Shown piece by piece: positions 48,544 through 57,865 of a stretch of DNA of 64,000 bases; positions within the stretch are counted from its first letter, which is position 1, and the number at the start of each line of letters is the position of its first letter. The stretch is from Myxococcota bacterium. GTDB lineage: Bacteria > Myxococcota > Kuafuiibacteriia > Kuafuiibacteriales > Kuafuiibacteriaceae. The position numbers and the translations under genes were made by a program. The stretch covers positions 26,560-90,559 of the forward strand of contig JAYZDF010000063.1 in the NCBI GenBank assembly GCA_036337945.1. The letters run 5' to 3'. The notes beneath the pieces are model-generated. The model searched no databases, had not been told where the DNA came from, and saw nothing but the letters and a program-made list of their open reading frames with translations.

Positions 48544-49899
48544 GTGCACGAAGTATCGCATCTTCAGAGAATTCTAGGTCTTAGGCCGAGAACAGAGTTT
48601 CTAATCCTTTTGGTCATAGGATTTGTAACGTCGTTAGCAGGGCTAACGATGGCTCTGAATTTTATCCCTTGGTTGATTGGCTGGCATGTTTTGATCATAT
48701 CAATCGGACTTTTGGATGTGGCTTTCTTGCTGAGGGGTCATAAGTTTCATTTTTCGCGCCAGGTTCCAGAAGTCTTGTCTTGTGGTGATGAGTTTGAGAT
48801 TCAATACTCACTGAGAAGTTCTAAGCCTATTGAAGTATTCATTCGTGATGAGCATCCGCTCGAAATTTCGAGCCTTTCGAGCGAAAAAAATTTTGAGTGG
48901 CGACGAATAACCCATGAAGTACAAAGGTGGTCCGAGCGTTTTTCTGCAAACAAGCGTGGAAATTGTAGATGGACAAAGAGCAACTTAATCATTCGAAGTC
49001 CTCTTCGAATGTGGGCCCAAAGGCTTCAGCCCCAATTACCTGTATCTGTACTGAAAATTTTTCCGCGTCTTTCTTCGAGTGATTCAAATCTCTATGATCC
49101 AACACTTTTGCTTGCCGAGTTTGGAATTCGCCCCAAGGGAAGAAGACGCGGTGTTGGTCAAGAGTTTCGTCGTTTAAGACCACTAAGCCCAGGGGATAGC
49201 ATTCGACGAATTGATTGGAGAGCAACGGCGAGAAGCCAACGACATATGGTAAGAGAATATCAACCAGATGAACGTTCAGAGGTGCTGCTTTGTTTAGACT
49301 TCGGTCGATTGATGGGGGTAAGGAACAGCGATGACCGCACAAAATTGGATGAAGCGATTGATGCGGTAGCGCGATTTGCCTTGGTCGCAATTGCGTCTGG
49401 CGACAAGGTGGGAATACTAACGTTTGGTGACCGAGTTCGAGACTTCGTGCCTCCGGCTGACGGAACTATGCAATTTCGCTTGCTTCTTGAGAGTATCTAC
49501 GATCTGAAGGCTTCACAGAATGAGTCGAATTTTACCGCGACTTTTAGCAAGATATCGCAGGCGAACTTTAAGCATTCGCTTATTGTTTTCTTCACGGATT
49601 TTGTTGATCAACGCAGTGCCGATGACCTTTTGCGTAGTTTGAACCTCTTGGTGAAGAAACATCGGATTCTGTTCGTGAGTATTTCTGATCCTGCCTCTGA
49701 AGACGTCATTTATGAGCCGGTTCAATCAACAGAACAACTTTCCCTTTCGTTGGCGGCCTTACATTTGAGTTTAGAAAGAGACCGGCTGACTCATAAAATT
49801 AGTCGTCTTGGAATTGAGGCCTTAGACCTTGGCCCAGATGAACTTACCTCAGGTGCAATTAATGCATATTTGCAGCTTCGCCACCGAGGAGATATTTAG
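48544..49899 (+). CDS. DUF58 domain protein (MoxR partner, vWA-like fold) with an N-terminal TM hairpin
   Basis: RRGVGQEFRRLRPLSPGDSIRRIDWRATARSQRHMVREYQPDE is the DUF58 hallmark. Confidence 0.8.
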   Translation: MHEVSHLQRILGLRPRTEFLILLVIGFVTSLAGLTMALNFIPWLIGWHVLIISIGLLDVAFLLRGHKFHFSRQVPEVLSCGDEFEIQYSLRSSKPIEVFIRDEHPLEISSLSSEKNFEWRRITHEVQRWSERFSANKRGNCRWTKSNLIIRSPLRMWAQRLQPQLPVSVLKIFPRLSSSDSNLYDPTLLLAEFGIRPKGRRRGVGQEFRRLRPLSPGDSIRRIDWRATARSQRHMVREYQPDERSEVLLCLDFGRLMGVRNSDDRTKLDEAIDAVARFALVAIASGDKVGILTFGDRVRDFVPPADGTMQFRLLLESIYDLKASQNESNFTATFSKISQANFKHSLIVFFTDFVDQRSADDLLRSLNLLVKKHRILFVSISDPASEDVIYEPVQSTEQLSLSLAALHLSLERDRLTHKISRLGIEALDLGPDELTSGAINAYLQLRHRGDI

Positions 49900-49985
49900 C
49901 GAGAACCTAGGGTTTACTCGAGAAAAAACAGGTTTTCGCCGAAAATCACTGACCTTTATCGCTATTCGGTGTTTATCTGGCAGCC

Positions 49986-50768
49986 ATGGGTGGTGGAATC
50001 ACGATTAAGAGCCATGCTGAAATCGACGCAATGCGCGTCGCATGCAGACTTGCGGCGAAAACGCTCAAGTTAGCAGGTGAACTGGTCAAACCTGGCATTT
50101 GTACTGATGACATCAATCGCTTTGTCCATGAGTACACACTCGATAACGGCGCCACTCCTGCGCCTCTCAATTACCATGGCTTTCCAAAGTCAGTATGTAC
50201 TTCGATCAATGAAGTCGTCTGTCATGGAATTCCATCGTCAAAAGAGTTCCTGAAGGAAGGAGATATCGTAAATATTGATGTGACAACCATCGTCGATGGA
50301 TTTCACGGAGATACGTCTCGAACCTTCTTCGTAGGTGCAGTATCGCCCGAACTAAAGAAACTAGTTGAGGTCACGTGGGAGTGTCTTCATCGAGGGATTG
50401 CTCAGGTAAAGCCAGGTGCAAGGATCCGAGAGATCGGCGGAGCGATTCAAGATTACGCAGAACCTTTTGGGTACGGCGTTGTGAGAGAGTACGTTGGCCA
50501 CGGCATCGGTCGTGGATTTCACGAAGACCCACAAATTCCTCACTATCGAGCGAAAGGGAAGAATCCTCGACTTCGTAAAGGGATGACTTTCACAATTGAA
50601 CCTATGATCAATCTTGGAACTCACGAAACGGTACTTGACTCAGACGATGGTTGGACGGTGAGGACTTTAGATAATCGCCATTCTGCTCAGTTTGAGCATA
50701 CTGTCCTTTGTTGTGACGAAGGTGTCGAAATACTGACTGACTGGAAATTTATCGATCAACCGGTGTAG
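49986..50768 (+). CDS. map: type I methionine aminopeptidase
   Basis: CHGIP, DIVNIDVT, GFHGDTS, HGIGRGFHE and the EPM/EHT metal-ligand motifs. Confidence 0.9.
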   Translation: MGGGITIKSHAEIDAMRVACRLAAKTLKLAGELVKPGICTDDINRFVHEYTLDNGATPAPLNYHGFPKSVCTSINEVVCHGIPSSKEFLKEGDIVNIDVTTIVDGFHGDTSRTFFVGAVSPELKKLVEVTWECLHRGIAQVKPGARIREIGGAIQDYAEPFGYGVVREYVGHGIGRGFHEDPQIPHYRAKGKNPRLRKGMTFTIEPMINLGTHETVLDSDDGWTVRTLDNRHSAQFEHTVLCCDEGVEILTDWKFIDQPV

Positions 50769-50776
50769 CCAACTGA

Positions 50777-51682
50777 TTAGGTCGTGGAGGCTTTCTTCGC
50801 AAAAATGCTTGGACCGATTTCCGTAAATACGACTCCAGCGATAATTAAGATTCCCCCCAAAATGGCATTTTCTCCGAGTTGCTCCGACAGGAGCACCCAA
50901 GAAAAAAGGGCTGCGAATACAGGTTCGAGAGCAAAAATGAGAGCGGCTCTGACTGGTGAAGACTCTGCTTGAAATTTGAATTGAAGAAGACCAGTTCCAA
51001 TCGTCGCAAATATTGCACAGTAAAGCACGGGCCAAACGGAGTCCCACCCGGTTAGATTCAGATTCCATTCTTCAATAAAAGGTCCGAGTGCTAAGGTTGT
51101 GACGGCAACAACTAAAAGTTGAGCGGTGAGGAAAGACCAATGCCCAAATTTTAGAAGATACTTCTGAAGGAGGACCAAATACATCGCGTAACCGAATGCT
51201 GAGCAAAGGGTCCAAAGATCTCCTGTCCGACTTTCTGTGAGCGAAAACGATGTAGTTCCACCAAAACCAGCCAGAATGTACATCCCTGTTAGCGCAATCA
51301 TCGCGCCCGCAATGGCGCTGCCGCTCAGCTTTGTTTTTCTAATGATAGCGTCTAAAAAGGGAACCATAATGACGTTAGTTCCCGTGATGAATCCACTATT
51401 CGCAGCCGTGGTTGTCTCCATTCCTATCGTTTGAGTCACATAGGAGGTCCCAAGTAATAAACCTAAGCCAAATGACGGGAGTAGAATCGCTTTCCCTTCG
51501 CGCCGAAGATCTTTGAAAGCGAAAGGCAGCATTATCAAACCCGCCACAAGAAATCGCCCGCCAACAAATGCAAATGGCGAGGTTCCTGAAGCTAAAGCGG
51601 ACCGGATCGCGGGAAAGGTTAATCCCCACATGGCGGATACGGACAACAGTCCTAGGTCTGCTCTGAGTCGATTCGCTTTCAA
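50777..51682 (-). CDS. EamA-family (DMT superfamily) transporter
   Basis: Ten-TM architecture with two EamA-like halves (SAMWGLTFPAIR...). Confidence 0.8.
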   Translation of the reverse strand: MKANRLRADLGLLSVSAMWGLTFPAIRSALASGTSPFAFVGGRFLVAGLIMLPFAFKDLRREGKAILLPSFGLGLLLGTSYVTQTIGMETTTAANSGFITGTNVIMVPFLDAIIRKTKLSGSAIAGAMIALTGMYILAGFGGTTSFSLTESRTGDLWTLCSAFGYAMYLVLLQKYLLKFGHWSFLTAQLLVVAVTTLALGPFIEEWNLNLTGWDSVWPVLYCAIFATIGTGLLQFKFQAESSPVRAALIFALEPVFAALFSWVLLSEQLGENAILGGILIIAGVVFTEIGPSIFAKKASTT

Positions 51683-51810
51683 GGTTTTACCGTTTTCGAG
51701 TCATCATAATGTTGGTTTTACAGCTGATTCTCGGTGATATCTCTTCATACGTGATTCGAAGCGGTCAGTAAACGACCGCATACAGAAGAGTATGTGCTAA
51801 GAGCTGTGCC

Positions 51811-52518
51811 ATGAAACTGCTACTTTTCGACATTGATGGCACGCTTATTCAGTGTGGCGGAGCAGGTCGCGCAGCGCTTTCTCAGGCTGTTGACGAGGTG
51901 TACGAAGCGAAAAAGATTATGGACCAAGTCCGCCTTGCTGGCGGAACTGACTACGGAATCTTCGATGCAATATTTCTCGCCCATTTTGGTCGATTACCTA
52001 CTGAAATTTCGGAGTTTACAGAAGGTCTGGATCGATATCTTGAGCTATTGCCAAAAAACCTGAGGAGTAGCGATTATAACTTTAGAATTCTCCCCGGTGC
52101 GACGGCAGCGATTAAACGTCTTGCTGCAGACCCAAATTATTTGCTCGGTATTGCAACAGGTAACGTTGAACTTGGCGCCAGAGCGAAGCTGGAGCGCGCG
52201 GATTTGTGGCACTATTTTCCTCTGGGCGGCTTTGGTTCAGATTCGAAATTTCGTAGTGGGCTCGTTTCGAAGGCGATAGAGCGTGCGGAGCAATATACTG
52301 ACGAAAGAAATTTACCTCGAATCAAGAAAGAGGATATTTTTGTGATCGGAGATACTGAATTCGACATTCGCTCAGCTCATGACGTGGGTGTGAAATCGAT
52401 AGGTGTTCGAGTTGGTTCCTCTCATGTAAACGATATGATTCAAGAAAAACCCAGCTTTCTTGTTGATTCTTTAGAGGATGTTGAGTTTTGGCAGGCGATC
52501 GGGCTCGATCATGCTTGA
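51811..52518 (+). CDS. HAD-superfamily hydrolase (phosphoglycolate-phosphatase-like)
   Basis: Motif I LLFDIDGTL, motif II IATGN and motif IV VIGDTEFD. Confidence 0.75.
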   Translation: MKLLLFDIDGTLIQCGGAGRAALSQAVDEVYEAKKIMDQVRLAGGTDYGIFDAIFLAHFGRLPTEISEFTEGLDRYLELLPKNLRSSDYNFRILPGATAAIKRLAADPNYLLGIATGNVELGARAKLERADLWHYFPLGGFGSDSKFRSGLVSKAIERAEQYTDERNLPRIKKEDIFVIGDTEFDIRSAHDVGVKSIGVRVGSSHVNDMIQEKPSFLVDSLEDVEFWQAIGLDHA

Positions 52519-53326
52519 CCGACTTCATGCGGTTGCGCTTTGTCCTTGCGTGATGCTTCGCTACTGCGTTTTTTGCTCGCTCGTCCTTATACTGGTTGGT
52601 TGCCCTCGAAAAGGAGAAGAGGAGCTTCGAAAAGGGAATGCCTACTTCGCGACCAAAAATTACGAAAAAGCGGCCGCTGCCTATGAAGCTGCGTCCTCTG
52701 CTAATCCGAAGAGTGCCCGCGGACCAGAAGCCAGAGGAAATGTTGCGTTTGAACAAGGAGACTTCAAGCTTGCAGAAACTTGGTACCGAAAAGCATTGGA
52801 AGCCAACCCGAGACACGTGACTTCGCGGCATAAGCTAGCATTGACCTTGGCCACGATGGAACGATTTGACGATGCGATTGCCGAGCTACAAAAGAGCGTC
52901 GAGGTTGCCGCTGATAATCCCTATGCACTGAGTATGATAGGCGGTCTGTATCGTAAACAAGGAAAGCTCCAAGAGGCAGTGAATATGCAATTACGCGCGC
53001 TAGACGTTGACGACAGCTATCATGCAGCCCGGTATGCTCTGGGGAATTTACTGGTGGATACGGGCAAGCTTCAAGACGCAGAACGTCAATTTGAAATACT
53101 GATGACGAGAGAACAAACCGCACTCAGTGAATATGGATATGCTCGACTTTCTGCCAAACGTGGTGATGCGAAGAAAACAGCGTTTTATCTAAACTCAATT
53201 GTGAAGCGCGGAGTTCAACAGCCAAAGAGAATTTTAGACGACCCAATATTCAAGCCTTTATGGACAGAAAAGCAAATGAGTATGCTTAGAACACGGCTTT
53301 CAACCGCGACTTCGACGTCAAGCTAG
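52511..53326 (+). CDS. TPR-repeat lipoprotein
   Basis: Lipobox LILVGC. TPR units (GNAYFATKNYEKAAAAYEAA...). Preferred ATG at 52511 gives an ATGCTTGA 8-nt overlap with the HAD gene stop. Confidence 0.6.
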   Translation: MLDRLHAVALCPCVMLRYCVFCSLVLILVGCPRKGEEELRKGNAYFATKNYEKAAAAYEAASSANPKSARGPEARGNVAFEQGDFKLAETWYRKALEANPRHVTSRHKLALTLATMERFDDAIAELQKSVEVAADNPYALSMIGGLYRKQGKLQEAVNMQLRALDVDDSYHAARYALGNLLVDTGKLQDAERQFEILMTREQTALSEYGYARLSAKRGDAKKTAFYLNSIVKRGVQQPKRILDDPIFKPLWTEKQMSMLRTRLSTATSTSS

Positions 53327-53344
53327 GATACACTTCAGTCGACT

Positions 53345-53767
53345 ATGTCGACCCTCTCGATAGATACGGTCTTAGCAAAAGTACGTAGTTATATACTCGT
53401 TACTGGTCGCTTTCAATTATTGCGTAGGGCGCTATGGAGCTTTCTCGCGCTCGATGTTCTTGTCACTATCATCTACATATTTATCGCGAGCGGGCCTTCT
53501 CAAGAGACGAGAGTGTGGTTTGAGGTCGGTGTGCCGGCGAACGTATTGATGATCAATACCTTCTCAGACGAGGAAGTAACTGATGTCGCGATCACACTGG
53601 ATAATAAATTCCTTTTTGAGCAAACAAGGTTGCCGGCAAAAACCAGCGGCTTTCCAATTGATTCATATTTCCGAGCCCAAGACGGCACGCGCCCTCCTGA
53701 CAATTACCGACCTAAGGAGGTCGTGCTTGAAATAAAGGGAGAGCGACGAACTATCGACCTTCGCTGA
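53345..53767 (+). CDS. hypothetical N-terminally anchored membrane protein
   Basis: Single TM FLALDVLVTIIYIFIASG. Confidence 0.4.
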   Translation: MSTLSIDTVLAKVRSYILVTGRFQLLRRALWSFLALDVLVTIIYIFIASGPSQETRVWFEVGVPANVLMINTFSDEEVTDVAITLDNKFLFEQTRLPAKTSGFPIDSYFRAQDGTRPPDNYRPKEVVLEIKGERRTIDLR

Positions 53768-53768
53768 A

Positions 53769-54413
53769 ATGAGGATGACCGAACGAATCGAAAAACTTGC
53801 TATCGCGATGGGCTTTACGCATAGCCCAGAACGCACAATTGCGACTGTGATGGCTTTTTATGATTCGCTGCAGCAAGACATAAAGCAGGTCGACGCTTCC
53901 ATATTGCTTCCATGTAAAGAAGGATGTGATGCGTGCTGTCACGAGTCCGTGTTCTTGAGTGCTCCAGAGTTCCTTGCTGTCTGTAATTATCTTTTTGAAC
54001 ACCGAGAACAGGCATATCGAGAGCAGTTGCTACGGGAAATGATAGCTCTTGCCGAAGAGTTTGCTGATGAGATTGAGTTCCTAGAATCGGCTCCAGCGGG
54101 TTTTGAGCGTGACGAGGTTGCAGCACGCATCAAGTTCAGATGCCCAATGCTTAGTGAGAATGGCTCTTGTTCGATCTATCCCGTTCGTGAACTCAACGGG
54201 CGTACGTTTGGGAAATCCTGGGACAGTATGAATGATGAGGCGTATGGCTGCACGCTTACAAGAGAAAGCTTGAGAATTGTCGATGCACCGAATACGAAAT
54301 TACCTGATGCTCGAGGCGTACGTTCTTCTTTCAACGAACTCGTCGAGCAGAACGACTTTGTTCATGTCTACCCATGGTGGTTTGCGAAATACCGAGCTTT
54401 CATCACGGGATAG
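53769..54413 (+). CDS. YkgJ-family Cys-cluster (putative Zn/Fe-binding) protein
   Basis: CKEGCDACCHESVFLS and RCPMLSENGSCSIYPVR, the CxxxCxxCC...C pattern of UPF0153. Confidence 0.6.
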   Translation: MRMTERIEKLAIAMGFTHSPERTIATVMAFYDSLQQDIKQVDASILLPCKEGCDACCHESVFLSAPEFLAVCNYLFEHREQAYREQLLREMIALAEEFADEIEFLESAPAGFERDEVAARIKFRCPMLSENGSCSIYPVRELNGRTFGKSWDSMNDEAYGCTLTRESLRIVDAPNTKLPDARGVRSSFNELVEQNDFVHVYPWWFAKYRAFITG

Positions 54414-54532
54414 AACGGCTGCGGTAACAACAATCGTTGGCGGCTCCGAAATGAGCCAAGAGTAACAACAATGAGAAGGCTTATCTGTCCTGCATTTAGG
54501 AACAAGCCAAGACCGCCTCGTGATGTAGAGAG

Positions 54533-55003
54533 TTACAGTTTCTGGCAGACGGGGCAGACACCGTATAACTCCATCTTGTGATGGATGAGCTTGAAACCGT
54601 GGGCCTTCGCAACGCGCTCCTGGAGGGTTTCGATTTTTTCTTCCTCAAACTCGACAATCCTTGAGCATTTTATACAAATCAAATGGTCGTGGTGTTCGCC
54701 GTCCGCCGCTTCAAATCGCGTGTGACCGTCATCAAAATTGAGCTCGGTAGCGAGTCCCAATTCGGTAAGAAGCTTCAGTGTTCTATAAACCGTTGCATAT
54801 CCGATGCCGGAATCCTTTTCACGAGCGAGAGCCAGTAGTTCGTCGTGGCTGAAATGACGGTCGTAACTGAAGAAAATATCCGTGAGAATTTCTCGTTGTT
54901 TTGTATTACGAAGCCCTCGCTGCTGTAGCGCTTCTTGAAGAGTCTCTTGCCGCTTTGTTACGACCTCAGGGTCGAGTCGCTGTTCTTGGGATGCTTCAAT
55001 CAT
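54533..55003 (-). CDS. Fur-family metalloregulator (Fur/Zur/PerR)
   Basis: DNA-binding helix ATVYRTLKLLTELGL. HHDHLICIKC structural-site motif and C-terminal CPVC. Confidence 0.8.
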   Translation of the reverse strand: MIEASQEQRLDPEVVTKRQETLQEALQQRGLRNTKQREILTDIFFSYDRHFSHDELLALAREKDSGIGYATVYRTLKLLTELGLATELNFDDGHTRFEAADGEHHDHLICIKCSRIVEFEEEKIETLQERVAKAHGFKLIHHKMELYGVCPVCQKL

Positions 55004-55050
55004 CTAGAGTTGTTATGAGTATAAGTTGAAATCTGTGAGTTTCCAACGAC

Positions 55051-55500
55051 CTAAGCGTTGTTTGATTCGACAGTTGGAGCATAATCGTAACTTTGTTCAA
55101 TCCATCGAGCGACCTGAGCAAGATCCACAGCTTGCTCGAACCGTATGCGAAGCGCATCATTACCCCAAAAAGGGTGCCCTCGACCGAGCCCTGAGGTTCG
55201 CGCTCTCTCCGTTTCTTCTGGCGGTAACCAAAGATCGACAAGGATGTGGTCTCGCTTGATTTCGACTTGTAGGAAAACCTTATCGTTGCGTCGATAGACC
55301 TCTACGCTTTCTTTCGTCTCATGTTGAAACCTAGGCAGATCGTCGATTCGATTCTGTAAGGCTTTGGAAAGAACAACTACTTGTGGCTCGGGGCGAATTC
55401 GTGGTTTCACGGAGCCACTGTTATCACTCAATTGTGAACCGGTTGTCCACTCTATAGCGTATCTCCATACGAGATCCTGCGGTTCCACCGGCCAAATCAA
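55051..55500 (-). CDS. hypothetical protein
   Basis: 149-aa ORF whose only Met start overlaps the upstream gene by 76 nt; it may instead start at an internal GTG. Confidence 0.35.
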   Translation of the reverse strand: MIWPVEPQDLVWRYAIEWTTGSQLSDNSGSVKPRIRPEPQVVVLSKALQNRIDDLPRFQHETKESVEVYRRNDKVFLQVEIKRDHILVDLWLPPEETERARTSGLGRGHPFWGNDALRIRFEQAVDLAQVARWIEQSYDYAPTVESNNA

Positions 55501-56074
55501 CGCGATTGTAACGTTCTACGTAGACAGTGTGCGCTCCGTTTCGAATATCTCCGATGGGAATATCAGCCCGGAAACGGTCTTCTTGCAGAATCAAAGGGTT
55601 TTCTGCGTCAATTGCTACTCGCACTTCGTCCGCGGGATCTGTTGCATCCCATTCGATGGTCAATTCATCGAAGGATTGTCTTCTGACGATTGCGTCATTT
55701 GGCGGTCGGGTGATCACATGGGCGTTGGGCCCGCCCAATTGGGCTACAAGGTCATCTTCGCCAGATTTTATTTCCAGTTGGATGACACGAGCGTAGCCAG
55801 TGAGGACTCCAGAGTAGATATACCCACCTGATGAAGAGCCTCCCTCAAGGTTAATACTAGTATTATTTTCCACGTCACTCACAACAACATTGGCGCCAAC
55901 GACATCGTTGCCTTGTTTACTGAGCGTCGCCGTAATTTGAGTGCTGTCTGCTTGGCTCCTTGCAGAAACTTCAACATATAGGGTTTCACTGCCTTCTCCT
56001 GCATCGGTTTCGCTGCAGGATGCGGCACAAATGAGTAAACCGCATAACAATTTGTGGGGCGTGAGACGTGGCAT
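55424..56074 (-). CDS. hypothetical lipoprotein
   Basis: Lipobox LLICAASC. TAATG coupling with the upstream outer-membrane-protein gene. Confidence 0.5.
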   Translation of the reverse strand: MPRLTPHKLLCGLLICAASCSETDAGEGSETLYVEVSARSQADSTQITATLSKQGNDVVGANVVVSDVENNTSINLEGGSSSGGYIYSGVLTGYARVIQLEIKSGEDDLVAQLGGPNAHVITRPPNDAIVRRQSFDELTIEWDATDPADEVRVAIDAENPLILQEDRFRADIPIGDIRNGAHTVYVERYNRVDLAGGTAGSRMEIRYRVDNRFTIE

Positions 56075-56610
56075 TACATGAAGAAGATGAGTTGAGTACC
56101 TGCTCGAAAGCCCCAGGCATCAGGGCCGTCAAAGTTGACCATGTAGTGTTGTTGAGCATCGATCCCCAAGAACAAATCACGCCCGAGTTTGAAGTCAAAT
56201 CCAGCAGAAACTGCTGGTCCCCACCAGGTGGGGAGGCCGTTATCTTGTCGATTCGCAAAATGGTTAAACACGCTAGAAACGCTGATCCAAGGCCGATATC
56301 GGTCCGTAAAGAGATAATATCTTACAGCGACTGGTTCAACATGGAGTATGACTACGGTGTTGATCAGACTAGGATTTATATGTTTGCTGAGTGATACATC
56401 CGCTCGAGAGTAAAGCCACCAATTGTCCTCGATTTTGTATCCGCCGAAAGCGCCAACTGCGACATTATCGGCTCGAATACCGGTGTTGGCATCCACGTTT
56501 AGGTAGCCAATATCGAAACCAAACGTGTAGCTTTTGTATTGCGCAGACGCAGACGGTGCCGAAGCAAAAAATACGACGAACACCAATGCCGGGAATATAT
56601 GACGCCACAT
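56074..56610 (-). CDS. small outer-membrane beta-barrel protein (OmpW/OmpA-like 8-strand type)
   Basis: Signal peptide ending ASAPSASA-QY. Alternating hydrophobic beta-strand pattern with aromatic girdle residues. Confidence 0.55.
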   Translation of the reverse strand: MWRHIFPALVFVVFFASAPSASAQYKSYTFGFDIGYLNVDANTGIRADNVAVGAFGGYKIEDNWWLYSRADVSLSKHINPSLINTVVILHVEPVAVRYYLFTDRYRPWISVSSVFNHFANRQDNGLPTWWGPAVSAGFDFKLGRDLFLGIDAQQHYMVNFDGPDAWGFRAGTQLIFFM

Positions 56611-56665
56611 TGCTTATTCAAGTAACCGGTTCTGAAATTGCTGACCACCGTTTTCACGTGCTATT

Positions 56666-57853
56666 TTGCAAATCGCGGAGACATGTACACATATGAATAC
56701 AAATAACTACCATTCTAGAACCTATCTTGGGTGTCTACTTCTCGGGATGGCAGTGTCGGGATGTCAGTCATGTGCATCCACAGTGATCCCACCGGAGGCG
56801 ATGGCGCATCATGATATCGCGATCCAATATCTGAATCAGGGGCAATGCCTGGAGGCTGAAGAGCGTTGCCGGCTCTCGCTCGAATATGCGCCGAATTTTG
56901 CGCACCCTCATAACTGTCTAGGCTTAGTAGAACTTCATTGCCGCAATAACCTTGAAGAAGCGGCTAGACACTTCAAGCGGGCTATCAGCGCTAATTCCGA
57001 TTTCGTCGAAGCACACAACAATCTTGGCGTCACTTTTTTCCGCCGAAATCCTCCGATGTACGACGAAGCTTGCGAGCAATATACAGCGGCAATCGAGATC
57101 AACCCCGGCTTTCTTGATGGTCGAGAGAATCTGGGACTTTGCCTCATGCGTCGCGGTGTCATCGCGGGTTCTAAGAATAATTTAGAACGTCGAAAGGAGT
57201 ATTTTCGCAAAGCTCGCAGTCATCTTATTCGCCTGACAGAGCTGAACCCCGACAATTTCAATGCGAGAGATTATCTAGGATTTATGGATCTGATTGAACA
57301 AAAATTTGCGGCTGCGGAACGAAACTTCAAAAGATGTCTGGAGATAGACGAGGAGAATCCGATCTGCGCTTTTCATCTTGGTCAAACGTACCTCAATACA
57401 GCTCGTTGCAATGACTCTATTCAGTACTTTGTCTCTTCGCTGAGGTCCGGTGATCAATCGATCGCTCCGGAGTCTCGAAAGAATCTGGCGCTGGCTTATG
57501 AGCAATGTGCGAAATCCGACGGAGCCATCAAATCGTTTCTCGAAACGATCAAAAACGATCCCGGTAACCCGACGCATCACTATGATTTAGGAAATATCTA
57601 TTTTGACAAGGGCCTTTATGACCGAGCCATCAACGAATGGGAAAATACCGTCAAATTGGACTCGACATACTGTATGGCCTACTTCAAACTTGCGCAGCAA
57701 GCGAACAAGAACTTGGATAGTGCGACGACAATACGACAATGCCAAAATTTTGTTCATTGTGCCAATGAGAAGAACAGGAACGAGGACGTGCCAAGATGGG
57801 ACAATGAAACTCGTGAGTGTAAAGAACTCATTAGAGAGCTTGAGTTAGAGTAA
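56666..57853 (+). CDS. TPR-repeat lipoprotein
   Basis: Lipobox MAVSGC. Multiple TPR units (AHNNLGVTFF..., HHYDLGNIYFDKGLYDRAINEWENTVKLD). Confidence 0.7.
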   Translation: MQIAETCTHMNTNNYHSRTYLGCLLLGMAVSGCQSCASTVIPPEAMAHHDIAIQYLNQGQCLEAEERCRLSLEYAPNFAHPHNCLGLVELHCRNNLEEAARHFKRAISANSDFVEAHNNLGVTFFRRNPPMYDEACEQYTAAIEINPGFLDGRENLGLCLMRRGVIAGSKNNLERRKEYFRKARSHLIRLTELNPDNFNARDYLGFMDLIEQKFAAAERNFKRCLEIDEENPICAFHLGQTYLNTARCNDSIQYFVSSLRSGDQSIAPESRKNLALAYEQCAKSDGAIKSFLETIKNDPGNPTHHYDLGNIYFDKGLYDRAINEWENTVKLDSTYCMAYFKLAQQANKNLDSATTIRQCQNFVHCANEKNRNEDVPRWDNETRECKELIRELELE

Positions 57854-57865
57854 AGCGACGAGAAT

